Shown here: positions 40,961-53,878 of the stretch, in pieces
Position numbering within the stretch: position 1 is the first letter of the stretch
Layout of the letters: each line of letters opens with the position of its first letter
From: Octopus bimaculoides
Lineage: Eukaryota
Reading direction: 5' to 3'
Length of the DNA: 64,000 nt
Assembly (NCBI RefSeq): GCF_001194135.2
Contig: NC_068984.1
Span: 83,629,526-83,693,525, forward strand
The notes under the pieces: generated by a model
Told to the model about the DNA's origin: nothing
What the model saw: only the letters and a program-made list of their open reading frames with translations
The model's database searches: none
Position numbers and translations under genes: made by a program

Positions 40961-40966
40961 TTTATT
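40961..40966 (-). terminator. Candidate polyadenylation signal (AATAAA) of the calmodulin-like gene
   Basis: First AATAAA I found on the minus strand downstream of the stop, about 600 nt away, with an overlapping ATTAAA. Confidence 0.35.
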
Positions 40967-41570
40967 TTAATCCCGGGTTATCTTTAAGCACCAACTTCAA
41001 GTACTTTTTTTTTTTAAGTGCATGAGTTCATTCAGGTAGATGTCACTCAATATAAATGTTCATAAAGAATCACTAAAGAAAAATCCTCATAAAGTCTTAC
41101 TCCAGTATGTGTCACTCACATGAGTGTGAAAGTAAGTGTCACTTGAAATTTGGAAAACGAGAACATATCTCATCGCGAGCCGCAAAATTCACCGCCAGCA
41201 GTTCTTCCCCACCCCCCAAAAAAAACATATCATTTCTCTCCTTTTCTCTTTCTTTCTCTCTTGTTTCCTTTCTTTCTCTCTTTCTTCCTTTTCTCTTTCT
41301 TCTTTTCTTTCATTCATTCTTTCTTTTCCTATACACATGTTCCCGAAATCCAACCGAGAAATCATCTGTTCATCCAAAATCAAAAAATAGAGAATAGATT
41401 ATCAGTTCTTCGGGAACCAATAATAATTACACAGGTAAATAAGTAGAGTTCGGCTTTCGTAAGGAAAAACAAAGATGTCGACGTCATCATTCACAGAGAT
41501 ATCCATAATCCGATTCTGGAGAGGTTTAGGAAAGGGTGAAGTACCAAGTCAAAGAAACCAGTGAAGGGAA

Positions 41571-41602
41571 TCAGGTCGATAGACTCATTGCTTCCAATAA
41601 AT
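41571..41602 (-). CDS. Calmodulin-like EF-hand protein, terminal coding exon
   Basis: Acceptor ttcttttctcag|AT completes the split codon GAT. Reads (D)LLEAMSLST-TGA, equivalent to calmodulin EFVQMMTAK-stop. Phase matches the upstream donor. Confidence 0.85.
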
Positions 41603-42353
41603 CTGAGAAAAGAAACGTTTAAAGTGGAAATAAGAAACTTGATTACGTCGAGAGAATTTTCATTGAATAACAAAATAAATAGTTTAAGTATATTTTCATT
41701 TCCTCTTATTTATTTGTTTAGATAAAACAGACTGAGTGCAGATGTTGTAGATTGGTTGTCCTAGTCTACCTTGTTGATAAAACTATCTCAATTGTTATAA
41801 TTAATAATCTAATGCGTAAAATGACCCCGTTCCTTATTCCTTCTGGGCTGTAGAGAACTCAAACAATTTATTTGTTTTTGAGGATTTACTTGTCTGACAT
41901 GTGATTTGATATGAGACCGTGTATTAAACTTGTCAAAATTTTCGTCGCACGCTCTGTGGCCTAGTCATTGACAGTTCCCCTGCAACTGGTCTAAGATAAG
42001 GCCAGATACACAGGTTGTAATGGAAACGTGTCAGTTGGACAAGTCGCAGATAGTGTGCTACGAAGTTTGACACTAAATAATGCTTGGTGGAGTGAAGTTA
42101 ATAGTTATTGTGTTTTTGAATGGCTGTAACTGTTTATTCGACTTGGTGTCTCGACAAGGTTTTAATATGTAACGGAACTATTAATCGTAAATTGATGCTT
42201 TAATGATAATAATAACGGTTTCTAATATAAGCAGAAGGTCCATAATTTTGAGAGGATGGAGATAGTTCATTACATCGAATACAATGTAATTGATTACATC
42301 GAACTCCAAGGTATTATCTCTTCTAATTAAGTTAACACGCAATAGATTTTACG

Positions 42354-42356
<3 letters not shown>

Positions 42357-42409
<53 letters not shown>

Positions 42410-42423
42410 TAATAATAATAGCA

Positions 42424-42493
<70 letters not shown>
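42357..42493. repeat. (AAT)n-(GAT)n compound microsatellite in the last intron, about 25 nt from the donor
   Basis: Direct reading. Confidence 0.95.
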
Positions 42494-42516
42494 GGATAAC
42501 AAGAATTAAAACTTAC

Positions 42517-42768
42517 CTTTGACCTCAATAAAGTCTGTATCTTCAGATTTCGCCTCTTTCAATAATTCTTCGACTTCATCGGGAGCCATTTTGTCCCCGA
42601 GAGTCGTCATGAAACGACGGAAATCTTTTATACGAATTTTACCGCATCCCGTTTTGTCTAAGACGTTGAAAGCAGCCAGCAGATCCGTTCTCTCGTGACC
42701 TGTCACACAGTCGGCGCTTCTTCTGGCCACGTAACGTTCCAGGTCCCAGAGATATACTTCACCTTTCC
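42517..42768 (-). CDS. Calmodulin-like EF-hand protein, internal coding exon (rest of EF2, linker, EF3, EF4 loop)
   Basis: Acceptor cttttttttctttctttcaaaatctag|GG and donor AAAG|gtaagt. 252 nt, phase 1 to phase 1, in frame with the 56400 exon. Translates (G)KGEVYLWDLERYVARRSADCVTGHERTDLLAAFNVLDKTGCGKIRIKDFRRFMTTLGDKMAPDEVEELLKEAKSEDTDFIEVK. Confidence 0.92.
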
Positions 42769-42899
42769 CTAGATTTTGAAAGAAAGAAAAAAAGATTATA
42801 CACAGGAATTATATATATATATATATATATATATAAAAGGATGCTAGAAATAGAACAAACTGAAAGTACACCAATAGTCATAGAGTCTCGCTATCAGAT

Positions 42900-43500
42900 C
42901 CTATCACCTTCTCATCATCGAGAATGGAACAGACCTACAATGCAGGTTCTGTGGAAAGTATGAAGAAAGCAACAACTATACTGTCTCTGGATGCCATAAA
43001 CAGGGGAAGACTGAAAACTCACACAGGTATAACAAGACAGTGGTGTACCTGCACGAAAAACTATGCAAGAGTTATAAAATCAAGATGACTGAGAAGCGGT
43101 ACAATCACTAACGAAATTAATACCCAAGAAGCAACAATATCACCATCCTTTTGGTCTGTCTAAAAGATGGCAGAGAAATAAAAGACAATGATCCCGACTT
43201 TGTTATCAAGGATAAAATTACTGGAAATGCACACTTATCGACATAGACATACCATACGAAAGGGACACCTCCGTGGATGTCACAGAAAAGTTGACCAAGT
43301 AAAGAGACCGAGAGATCTTTGTTCGGAGAATGATGACTGAAATAATACCTGTGGTTAATGTTTGACTCTAGAAACCATAAAAAAAGGGATCGGAAGTTTT
43401 CACCCATCGTTTCCAGGGCAACATGAATATGCACAATTCAGAAAATCATCCTATTGGAAACAGCCCACATTCAAAAGAAAGTGTTGTCAACCAAATCATA
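42900..43500 (+). mobile_element. Old R4/Dong-type LINE 3' remnant, antisense inside the gene's large intron
   Basis: LQCRFCGKYEESNNYTVSGC...IQKIILLETAHIQKKVLS, with many stops and frameshifts. Confidence 0.7.
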
Positions 43501-46500
43501 TCTTCCTTATTGTAGCTCAGGCCCATGGTCTAATCTTGGCCGTACAGGATGTAATACGGGAAGCACAAAACAACAGCAGCAACCACGACAGTGGCAGTGA
43601 CAGCGGCGGCGACGGCTGCGGCCAAAGGAAAATTTCAACAATCTTCTGGTTAAATGAGGACGAATATATTGAACAAAGACCATAAAAAGGCGATAATATA
43701 ATATAAATCTTTGTTTTTTTTTCTAAGCCAGGCGCACAGGTCAGTAACCTCATGTTAGAAGTATGGTGTAGCTGATTATATTGATACCACTATATGTCAG
43801 TTACTTATCCCATCGACCTCGGAAGAATGACATCCAAAATTAAGAGGAGGTGATGAAGATGTGGACAATTATGATGGTGATGGAAGCGTTAATGATGGCT
43901 GCTACGTTAGTGGTGGTGGTGGTGGTGGTGGTGNNNNNNNNNNNNNNNNNNNNNNNNNNNNNNNNNNNNNNNNNNNNNNNNNNNNNNNNNNNNNNNNNNN
44001 NNNNNNNNNNNNNNNNNNNNNNNNNNNNNNNNNNNNNNNNNNNNNNNNNNAAAGAGTAAAAATTAATATGAAAAACGTAAGAACATGAAGAATTATGGTG
44101 ATAGTTGGAGTGGCTGTATGTTATGATTCATTAAAAAAAAATGGTAATACAAAATAGGAATAACAGGTGACTAGGGAGCACGGAAGATATTTTCGAACCT
44201 CTGGCACCAACCATCCTGTCTTTCTATCTCCATCCGTTTCTCTCACACTCACGCGCATGCGCGCGCACTCTCACACACACACACACACACATCTTGTTTT
44301 TCCCCGTTCTTCAATCACACCAACTCAGAAACTCCCACACATACGCACACACACACACACAAACAATAATAATAGAAACTTTCTTGCAAGGCAAATCGCT
44401 TACGTCATAGGTTTCCCCTCACCACCGCCAACAACAACAACGCCACCACTACCACTAGAACTTCCATCAAGCTCTGAAAGCTTTATCTATTTTTATTCTT
44501 CTCTCTTTCTGGAACATTCCCTTATCAATTGACATGTTCACCTCGAGCAGAACGTGTCATTTAGCTTCAGGATTTTTTCTTGCATTTTTTTTTTCTGTAA
44601 CAATAAAATATGTTGGGGAATTTCCATATCTTAGTATCTTTGACATTAAGTATTTTTATCTGTCGATTCTCATTGCTGGATTGGCAGCAACCACGTCGTT
44701 CCTTTAACAAACAAAATGTCAATTCTACTTCAGAGGTTTCCTCGCAATATACATGCATACATGTATATGTACATATATGCTTGTTCGCGTATGTATATGT
44801 ATGTATTCTTGTGCAATGAAAAGTACTGACAGGCGTACATTTGACATAAAATAAATACATTTTCTTCCTACACCATTTTTAACTTAATGTTTATTTGTTG
44901 TTGTTTTTAACCTACTGGTATTTTCAAACACTATTTAATCGAGAAATAAATCGTTTCCCTGGAACCTACGTTTTAACATCTAAAATATTCCAAACAAATA
45001 TCTTCACATAGCTCATGTAAAACAGTTTTATGTATGCGCATTTCTATCTAGAAATTTGCAAATATTTCAGTATTCTATTTTTTATATCGGAATTTTTCTG
45101 TCTAATTTTTTGTTTATTCATTTATTTATCTAAAAAAACTAAAAAAAACTTTTCTCAGAAATCGTCCCTCTGAAGTTTATTCTGTTTCCTATGTCCATCG
45201 TTTGGTTTTAATAGCATTGCGCTCCTGCTATTATGTTTTTATTAAGGCTCATCTATTAGTAATTACTGCTTCTATTAATAGCCTTGTGTTAATCAGATCT
45301 TCACCTACATCCATTATCCATCGATTAACAATCATTGCTATCTCCTGATGTACTATTATTCTATTCAATGTTTTCTCATATTAAATATGCAAGCCCTCAT
45401 AAAACTAAATAACGAATCTTATCTGAATAATTTGTTTTATACATTGCTATTTACGCCAGAGAGAACATCTATGGTAACAAAATATTGTACATAAATATAG
45501 ATTTGGTACTGTGTAGGATAAAAAGCAACCGTCCCAGGGATCGGGTTTATAGTGTCGTTTCTGCTATTTTACTTTACCGAGGGTCTATCCTGGCGAAAGC
45601 GCTTACTTTACATAGCTAGGATCGCATCCAAAAGACCAGCTATTTTTTTCGGGGCTAGATTCTCCAGCGCCCACCCCACCCCAACAGTACTCCACAAAGC
45701 TCAAATGAGGCTCACAATGGTGTATTAGGGAAACTGCCGCTGCTGCTGCTGCTGCATACACAGACGTCCATGATTACGTCCAGAAAAGAAGCCCCATATT
45801 CATCAGCCTAATGTTACTCATGACACATCCCATTTTCTGGATCTCAAGAATGCTGTTTTTCCTCCCTGTTTTTCCTACCGCTAGTATAACAGTCTTTGTT
45901 CTTTGGAGTCGGCTGGGCTTATGCCACTTCTATTCAGGTATTCCCATCCCACTCATTTCTTCTTCCAAGGCCCCCAAGCATCATACAAATCTCTACATCC
46001 AGTGTATCTTGCCAGAATGTGTCCTCTTAAATCGACTCCACTCCTGTAAAGATCATTCCTGTAGTTGTTGACTTACAAATGTTCACGAAGAACGTAAATG
46101 GTAACCGTTTCACCAGAACTAGGAAAGCCTGCGAAGTCAGTCGTCTGTCATTCTCCTCCTCGTGACCCAGCAAATGAAAAAGTCCGTGCCATTAAAATAT
46201 CTTTGGGAAAGGCCAAGATTTCATACTTTTTCTATTCCTTCTCTTCCGGAAATCAATATAATTAATGAAAGAAAACCATTAAAATTCCTCCCTTGATGCA
46301 GTTACTGATAGTGTGAGCCTTTACAGACAGCAGCACTAGCTATTTTGGAAAATGATTAGAGTTTTTGAGGTTAACGAACAATATTCCAATATGTCATTCC
46401 CAACCAAACACGCTTGAAATCAAAATTACTAAAAAAAAAACAGTTGATTCCACTTCTTTTTTGTCCATCAACTATATATTCTCTAAATATGGCATTGTCG

Positions 46501-48043
46501 GCCAGATCCCTGCACAGCAAATGATGGTAATGTTAGCATTGTTCATTAAACGTTGAGCATTTCGTATTTCATAGGGTTCGCTCAAATGTATTACATTAGA
46601 ACTCCCTTTCAATTGCATTTACGTAGCAATATTTTGCGTGTGTATGTATATATATAATATACATACACNNNNNNNNNNNNNNNNNNNNNNNNNNNNNNNN
46701 NNNNNNNNNNNNNNNNNNNNNNNNNNNNNNNNNNNNNNNNNNNNNNNNNNNNNNNNNNNNNNNNNNNNNNNNNNNNNNNNNNNNNNNNNNNNNNNNNNNN
46801 NNNNNNNNNNNNNNNNNNNNNNNNNNNNNNNNNNNNNNNNNNNNNNNNNNNNNNNNNNNNNNNNNNNNNNNNNNNNNNNNNNNNNNNNNNNNNNNNNNNN
46901 NNNNNNNNNNNNNNNNNNNNNNNNNNNNNNNNNNNNNNNNNNNNNNNNNNNNNNNNNNNNNNNNNNNNNNNNNNNNNNNNNNNNNNNNNNNNNNNNNNNN
47001 NNNNNNNNNNNNNNNNNNNNNNNNNNNNNNNNNNNNNNNNNNNNNNNNNNNNNNNNNNNNNNNNNNNNNNNNNNNNNNNNNNNNNNNNNNNNNNNNNNNN
47101 NNNNNNNNNNNNNNNNNNNNNNNNNNNNNNNNNNNNNNNNNNNNNNNNNNNNNNNNNNNNNNNNNNNNNNNNNNNNNNNNNNNNNNNNNNNNNNNNNNNN
47201 NNNNNNNNNNNNNNNNNNNNNNNNNNNNNNNNNNNNNNNNNNNNNNNNNNNNNNNNNNNNNNNNNNNNNNNNNNNNNNNNNNNNNNNNNNNNNNNNNNNN
47301 NNNNNNNNNNNNNNNNNNNNNNNNNNNNNNNNNNNNNNNNNNNNNNNNNNNNNNNNNNNNNNNNNNNNNNNNNNNNNNNNNNNNNNNNNNNNNNNNNNNN
47401 NNATATATATCATATATCCTATATAACATATATGTATTATATATGATACATATTATCTTATATATTATTTTACATCTATGAATAGCATGCATAGAGGTAA
47501 CTTTGGTTAATTGCCTTCTTTCCTTCAGGGACTTTTTCTTTTTCACTTTTTACAAAACAGTAAAAGAAATTAAAACATGCATGTTATGAGTGTATGAGTG
47601 ACGTGGACATGTGAGCAAGACATTTGTGAGTAAGACACCAGTGTGACGATGATGAAATATCAATGAGACATATTGGTGAGACATCGGTGAGACATAAACT
47701 ATTGATCGGTTATTAGTGAGAAGTTTAAGAAAATATAATATGATGAGTAAAGGAAAAAATGGAATAATATTAAGAAGGTGCCAGAAAGACTTCTCATTTT
47801 TCATTCGCTAGATTTTATACAGAGTAATCGATAGAAGAAAAACAATTAAATGAAGTTCAAGGAATATTTTCATATTGTGTTCTGTCTTTTACGTCATCTT
47901 TCTCTTTGGAATCTAAATAGGTTTTTCTTTCAGAATATTGTGATACCATCACAAATTATATAACTGTATTTCACTCGGTCACTCTCTTTCTCTTTGTGTG
48001 TGTGTGTCTCTCTCTCACAAGCACGCGTATATGTATATACGTA

Positions 48044-48100
<57 letters not shown>

Positions 48101-48123
48101 CGTACATACATGTACACACACAA

Positions 48124-48159
<36 letters not shown>

Positions 48160-49499
48160 ATTGATGTATTTTGTCGGTGAAATTTTCACATTTTATTTTC
48201 GGTATATTAATATATATGCAGTGTTATCTGAATTGTCTNNNNNNNNNNNNNNNNNNNNNNNNNNNNNNNNNNNNNNNNNNNNNNNNNNNNNNNNNNNNNN
48301 NNNNNNNNNNNNNNNNNNNNNNNNNNNNNNNNNNNNNNNNNNNNNNNNNNNNNNNNNNNNNNNNNNNNNNNNNNNNNNNNNNNNNNNNNNNNNNNNNNNN
48401 NNNNNNNNNNNNNNNNNNNNNNNNNNNNNNNNNNNNNNNNNNNNNNNNNNNNNNNNNNNNNNNNNNNNNNNNNNNNNNNNNNNNNNNNNNNNNNNNNNNN
48501 NNNNNNNNNNNNNNNNNNNNNNNNNNNNNNNNNNNNNNNNNNNNNNNNNNNNNNNNNNNNNNNNNNNNNNNNNNNNNNNNNNNNNNNNNNNNNNNNNNNN
48601 NNNNNNNNNNNNNNNNNNNNNNNNNNNNNNNNNNNNNNNNNNNNNNNNNNNNNNNNNNNNNNNNNNNNNNNNNNNNNNNNNNNNNNNNNNNNNNNNNNNN
48701 NNNNNNNNNNNNNNNNNNNNNNNNNNNNNNNNNNNNNNNNNNNNNNNNNNNNNNNNNNNNNNNNNNNNNNNNNNNNNNNNNNNNNNNNNNNNNNNNNNNN
48801 NNNNNNNNNNNNNNNNNNNNNNNNNNNNNNNNNNNNNNNNNNNNNNNNNNNNNNNNNNNNNNNNNNNNNNNNNNNNNNNNNNNNNNNNNNNNNNNNNNNN
48901 NNNNNNNNNNNNNNNNNNNNNNNNNNNNNNNNNNNNNNNNNNNGAGGAGGAGGAGGAGGAGGAGGAGATAATGGTGGTCGTTGTGGTCGTGGTGTTGTCA
49001 TTGTCGTCGTCGTCATCGTCGTTGGTGATCATGGTGATTATGGTCTTTGCGATGGTTAGGGGTCTCGGCGATTGTGGTCTTTATGGTGGTCGTGGTCTTT
49101 GTGCGCCAGATGTTGTTAGCGCAAGCCATTTTTCCGTTTTCCTTTTTTCTGGTGTCCATATCACTGCAGTCTTCGCATGCCATGTGACGAGTAGACGAAA
49201 CATATGACCGGCCAGGCGAAACTAGCGCAGTTCCACAATATTTTGCACACATAAATAACCAATACTACCATGATTCGTTGAAACAACACAAGAATAATTA
49301 TTTTCTTTTCTCAATATATGTTTTCTCTATCTTGAATGGATTGAATCCGAAATTTTGAATGATTTTCCCCTTTTCCACACAGTTTGGTATACAAACTCAA
49401 TTTTGTTTTAAATATAATTATATTCCACCGTCCTACCAGTCTTCTTATACGCTAGTGTAACGTGGGATACTACGAATAGGGAAGAACATCGACTGGCTA

Positions 49500-49750
49500 C
49501 AACGTAAAGGGTCATAAAAATATCTACCCCAGGAATATCATTGCGAGGACATATCCGAAATGAGGTAATTCAATACCGGAATAAAGTGAACGACATGATC
49601 GCAGAATACCGAAAGCAGAAATTCCGATTGGGTCGGACAAGTTGCAAGGTTCGCTGATACAATCTAATCTCTTGGATACCACTTGGCCTATACGAGAATG
49701 GGAAGACAATTTAGCTAAACGATTTGGGCTTTGGAGTAAATATTGTTTGC
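49500..49750 (+). mobile_element. RTE-type LINE 3' remnant
   Basis: IRNEVIQYRNKVNDMIAEYRKQKF-(frameshift)-WVGQVARFAD...PIREWEDNLAKRFG. Confidence 0.6.
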
Positions 49751-50146
49751 CAACATAACATGTCAGTCCTGGTTTAGGACGAATGTTGCTGTAATTTAGC
49801 TCCAGGATGCATCGTCTTCAGCTGGTTGTACGACACGATCTGTGTCCTTATATTTTCGAACAAGGGAATCTAGCACCTCAGCTCAAAACAATATCTGTGT
49901 ATCGCGATTTCCGGGCTATTCCTCTTCATCAGCACAGAATAATTGTTCGGCTAGAGGTGGCGCTGCCAAATTCCAGTTCGAAATATATAACTTTCAAAGT
50001 GCTAGATTCCCTTGTTCGAAAATATAAGGACACAGATCGTGTCGTATAGCCAGCTGGAGACGATGTCTCCAGGGACTAAATTACAGCAACATTCGTTCTA
50101 AACCAGGACTGCCATGTTATGTTAGCAAACAATCTTTACTCCAAAG
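49729..50146. mobile_element. Fold-back element with 148-bp arms around a 122-bp hammerhead-containing spacer
   Basis: 49729-49876 is the reverse complement of 49999-50146 at roughly 90% identity, with the inner about 48 bp perfect. Confidence 0.88.
49894..49938 (-). ncRNA. Minimal type-I hammerhead ribozyme motif, intronic and sense to the host gene
   Basis: Minus strand reads UCUGUG-CUGAUGA-AGAGGAAUAGCCCG-GAAA-UCGCGA-UA^CACAGA. Stem I is 6 bp, the core is CUGAUGA/GAAA, stem III is the palindrome AUCGCGAU and the cleavage triplet is AUA. Stem II is short and imperfect. Confidence 0.65.
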
Positions 50147-52059
50147 TACTGTTGCTGAATATCTCTCGTTGTGAGATTTGGGCTTTGATGGGGAAAAAGA
50201 GTGCAGTCAAGAAAGAATTTGAAAAGCAGTGTGCACAACTATGCGTAACAACATTTAATAGTCTGGTCGATACAGGTGGCGGTCCACAAGACTATTTTTG
50301 CCTTCGCAGACACACAATTAGATTTACCGGATCCTGGATTTCATACAATATTCATCAACGTTTTTTGATAGTACCCAAATGAAGATCATTGGGTTAATTA
50401 GCACAGGTTCACTCATCAACAGCATATGTATTGTTTCTTCTCTTTGTTTATTATACCGTAACTACAACGTGCTCTGTTCCTTTAAAGTAGTGAATTACAT
50501 ACTGCCTCGGCTAATCTAATTCGCCTTCTCGTGTTACCTTTGTTATATCTCATTCTTCACACCCCACAAAACACATCTCTTTGTCAATCCCAGATTTACA
50601 ACCTACAGCAGCACCAACTGAAAAAATCTCTTACATCGATCTCACCAACCTGAAAGTATCTGCAAAGGTCATTGGCAGCGAGCTTGCTTCATCCCTTCCC
50701 TCGTTTAATTAATTAATTTAAAAAGTACAGATGACATCAACAACAAATGACGAAATCATTCCCAGCCTTACCGGCAAAACTACTGCTGCTGCTGCTACTT
50801 CCCTGAAAATATGCTGTTTGGTTACACGCTCACTTGCAACACCATCATGACCACCATGACAAAGAACACTTTCACTACAACTACCGCCAGGACCTTAGAC
50901 TCCTTATGCAGTCGCTCGATCTGCTAGAATAGCAACCAAATCTTTCGCAAATCACGCCCTTTAGTATTTTTTTTTAAAGACCACGTTAGTTAATGTTGTT
51001 CTAGATAAAATGTATTTGAATAATAAGACGAAATGGTGAAAGCTGGAGTGTTTTTGATGTAGGTCTGCCGAACCAAGGGTCAACAATAACAACTGAGCGT
51101 GTAAGTGTGTGAGTGTGTGTGTGTGTGAGTATGAGTGTGCGTGTGCGTTATACATAGATTGGAAAATATATACATTTTCACTTTATTGGAATTTTTACCC
51201 GGAATGCATTGCAGAATTGGCTTTAACTTTCTCCACTTCTCTATATTTACGAGCTGTCCCACATCCGAATGGATACAATTGATAATCGTGGAACTTGGGA
51301 GGGAGGCGTATGCGCATGTGTGTGTGTGAGTGAGAGAGAGAGAGAGAGAGGGAGAGAGAGAGAATGTAGACAAACACACATCGACATATACACACACATA
51401 CAAATATATATGTATATGTATGAGTGTGTGCATGTGTGTATGAGTTTTAACGGTGCTAAAGAAGAAAAACTGCAGAGCCAAATCTTTATGTCCTAGTCTA
51501 GGTATTAAACTTCATACATTTTACCACCTACGCACTTTATGTTGTAACAAACATAAGGTTCTACTTCTACTTTCCCTCTCTCACCTCCTCCTTCATATCT
51601 ATTTTCATAATCATCATCATCATCATCATCATTCTTTCTTTCTTTTCATCCTCTTCTCTCTCTTTCTCTCTCAACCAGTTAATAATCGTAGGATTTTCCC
51701 TTGTTGACCAACCCTTGTATTTTGAATTACCAATTAGCGCTGATACATATGCATAAAGAACACAATAGATGTAAACGATACAAAAGGCTGTTGAACATGA
51801 GAATTATAACAGAATGTACGTCCTCTTTTCAATGCGATAAGTATAAAAGAGTAGCGAAGAGAAAAGGTCGCATCCTTGAGGTAAACAAAGAAATAAGAAT
51901 ATAGGAGAAAAAATGTTAAGTATGTAGACAGCAGGAAAAAAAAACATGGAGGGGGAGATTGTGTCGTAATTTTTCTGATGTTCAAAGTGAATAGCTGAAA
52001 TTGAAGATTTTTTAAGAGCAGCACAAAACTAGTGTCTGGCTGCCAAGAATCATTAATCA

Positions 52060-52269
52060 AAGACTGAAAATTAGGGGAAGGGGTTAGTCGATTACATCAG
52101 CCCCAGTTCTCAACTGGTACTTATTTCATTAATTCAGAAGGAATGAAAAGCAAAGTCGACTGCGATGTCATTTGAACTCAGAACGGAGCGGCAGACGAAA
52201 CACCGCTAAGCATTTCGCCCGGCGTGCTAACGATTCTGCGATCTTGCCACCCTTATAATAATAATAATG

Positions 52270-52331
<62 letters not shown>

Positions 52332-52715
52332 CATTTCTACCGTGGGTACGAGGCCTGAAATTTGGGGAGAGGCAGATACCATCAATCTTTGTATTTGACT
52401 AGTACTCTATTTTAACGATCCCAGAGGTAGAAAAGGCAAGCTTGACCTCGGTAGGAATTGAAGTCATGACATAAAGAGCCGGAATAACTACCACGGAGCA
52501 TTTTCTCTGACGCTTTGACGATTCTGAAAGTCAACCTCCCGAAATAATAATTTCTAATATGGGCACAAAACCACTAATTGGGCGAGAAGGTCTTAGTTGA
52601 TAAAATCGACCCTAATATTTGACTGGTACTTGATGTTATCGATCTCGGAAGGATGACAGGTTGAGATATGAACTCAGAATGTAAAGGGCTGGAACTAAAT
52701 CATAAGTTCTATACT
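52060..52715 (-). mobile_element. Three head-to-tail family-A SINEs, the first two separated by (AAT)n
   Basis: Copies at about 52060-52255, 52330-52545 and 52555-52715. Further copies at about 54490-54670 (+), 55725-55870 (-) and 56270-56345 (+). Confidence 0.8.
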
Positions 52716-53584
52716 GCAATGTTCTACCTTTTCTAAAATTTCAATTAACTGATTTTAATGGGTTGTGTCCCTTGTTTATCTTTTTCCGATGGTTTTTTTT
52801 TTTTTTTTTTTTTCAAAACTCACAGATGGATGTTGTGACTGTTAATCCTATAGATGATATCATCCGACAGATTTTCAACTTACTATATTATTTATATGAG
52901 ACTGTACACTATTTTTGAATAGTGGTTTCTAATTTAGGCACAAAGTCAGAAATATTGAGGGAAGTGACCTCGGGTAAGCATTTCTTTATCTATCCAAATA
53001 TCAAAAATTGGAAATATTACCGCAAGGACGAAGGCCCGGAATTTAAATAAAATGGAAGTGAGAGATTCGTGATAATGATAATAATAGTGGTGGGGGGGGG
53101 GCGACGACTACGATGATGGTGATGATGATCGTGATCATGATGATCATGATAATGATGACGATGATAATAATGATTTCTAACATCATAAAATACCGATTTT
53201 TAATTATAATTAAAGTAAGTACTGTAATAGATATTCCAATAAATATAACCATAGTGGTGTTTTCGTTTGGCGAAAAATTCTTAATTGTTGGCTCTTGACG
53301 TAAATACTATCTCTGACGTATATAAAGATCGATATGTGTAGGCCAGTGTGGAGAATGTGAGATAATCTAATATCTCAGTAACACTGTTGTCGTCATCGTC
53401 GTTGTCGACATTGTTGTAGCTTAAACCCCTCGTATTCGTATCGAGCAGATCTATGGCCAAAAGCATTCCATCCTTGACCATCCTGACTTTTTAGGAACAT
53501 GTTAGACTCCATTGTACTCAACCAGGTGACTGATCTACTGCCAGATGAAGCCTCAGCATGCTGTTACTGGCTTATATATATATA

Positions 53585-53878
53585 GGAATTTCATTATCTA
53601 ACATGTCTTACCCTTATTTAAAACAGGACTAATTTGAAGGAGATTTGGTTATTATTTCTATAGGCTACGTAGAGATATCCTCATTTTCATGGTGTATTTA
53701 GCGGTGATATGGGGTAGATAATATTATATTATATATCTATGAAGGATTTCATTATCTAACAGGAGCGGAGTAATTTGAAGGAGATTTGGCTATTATTTCT
53801 AAAAGACAGGCTACGTAGAGACGTCCTCATTTTCATGGTAACAGTTGGTGGTGATATGGGGTAAATAACATTATATTG
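53585..53878. repeat. Diverged tandem pair (about 150 bp) of an unclassified dispersed repeat
   Basis: Both units contain taatttgaaggagatttgg(c/t)tattatttcta...ggctacgtagaga. The same family appears at about 6640-6850, 32760-32890, 50915-50960, 56630-56780, 61100-61310 and 62040-62340. Confidence 0.7.

Noticed and set aside
43405-43425. RFX X-box-like GTTTCCAGGGCAAC, and weaker ones near 42012 and 58799
   Set aside because: The best match lies in LINE coding remnant; the others have two or more mismatches.
45800-46180. Possible LINE reverse-transcriptase remnant
   Set aside because: Only a vague GHIL-like stretch; not enough to call.
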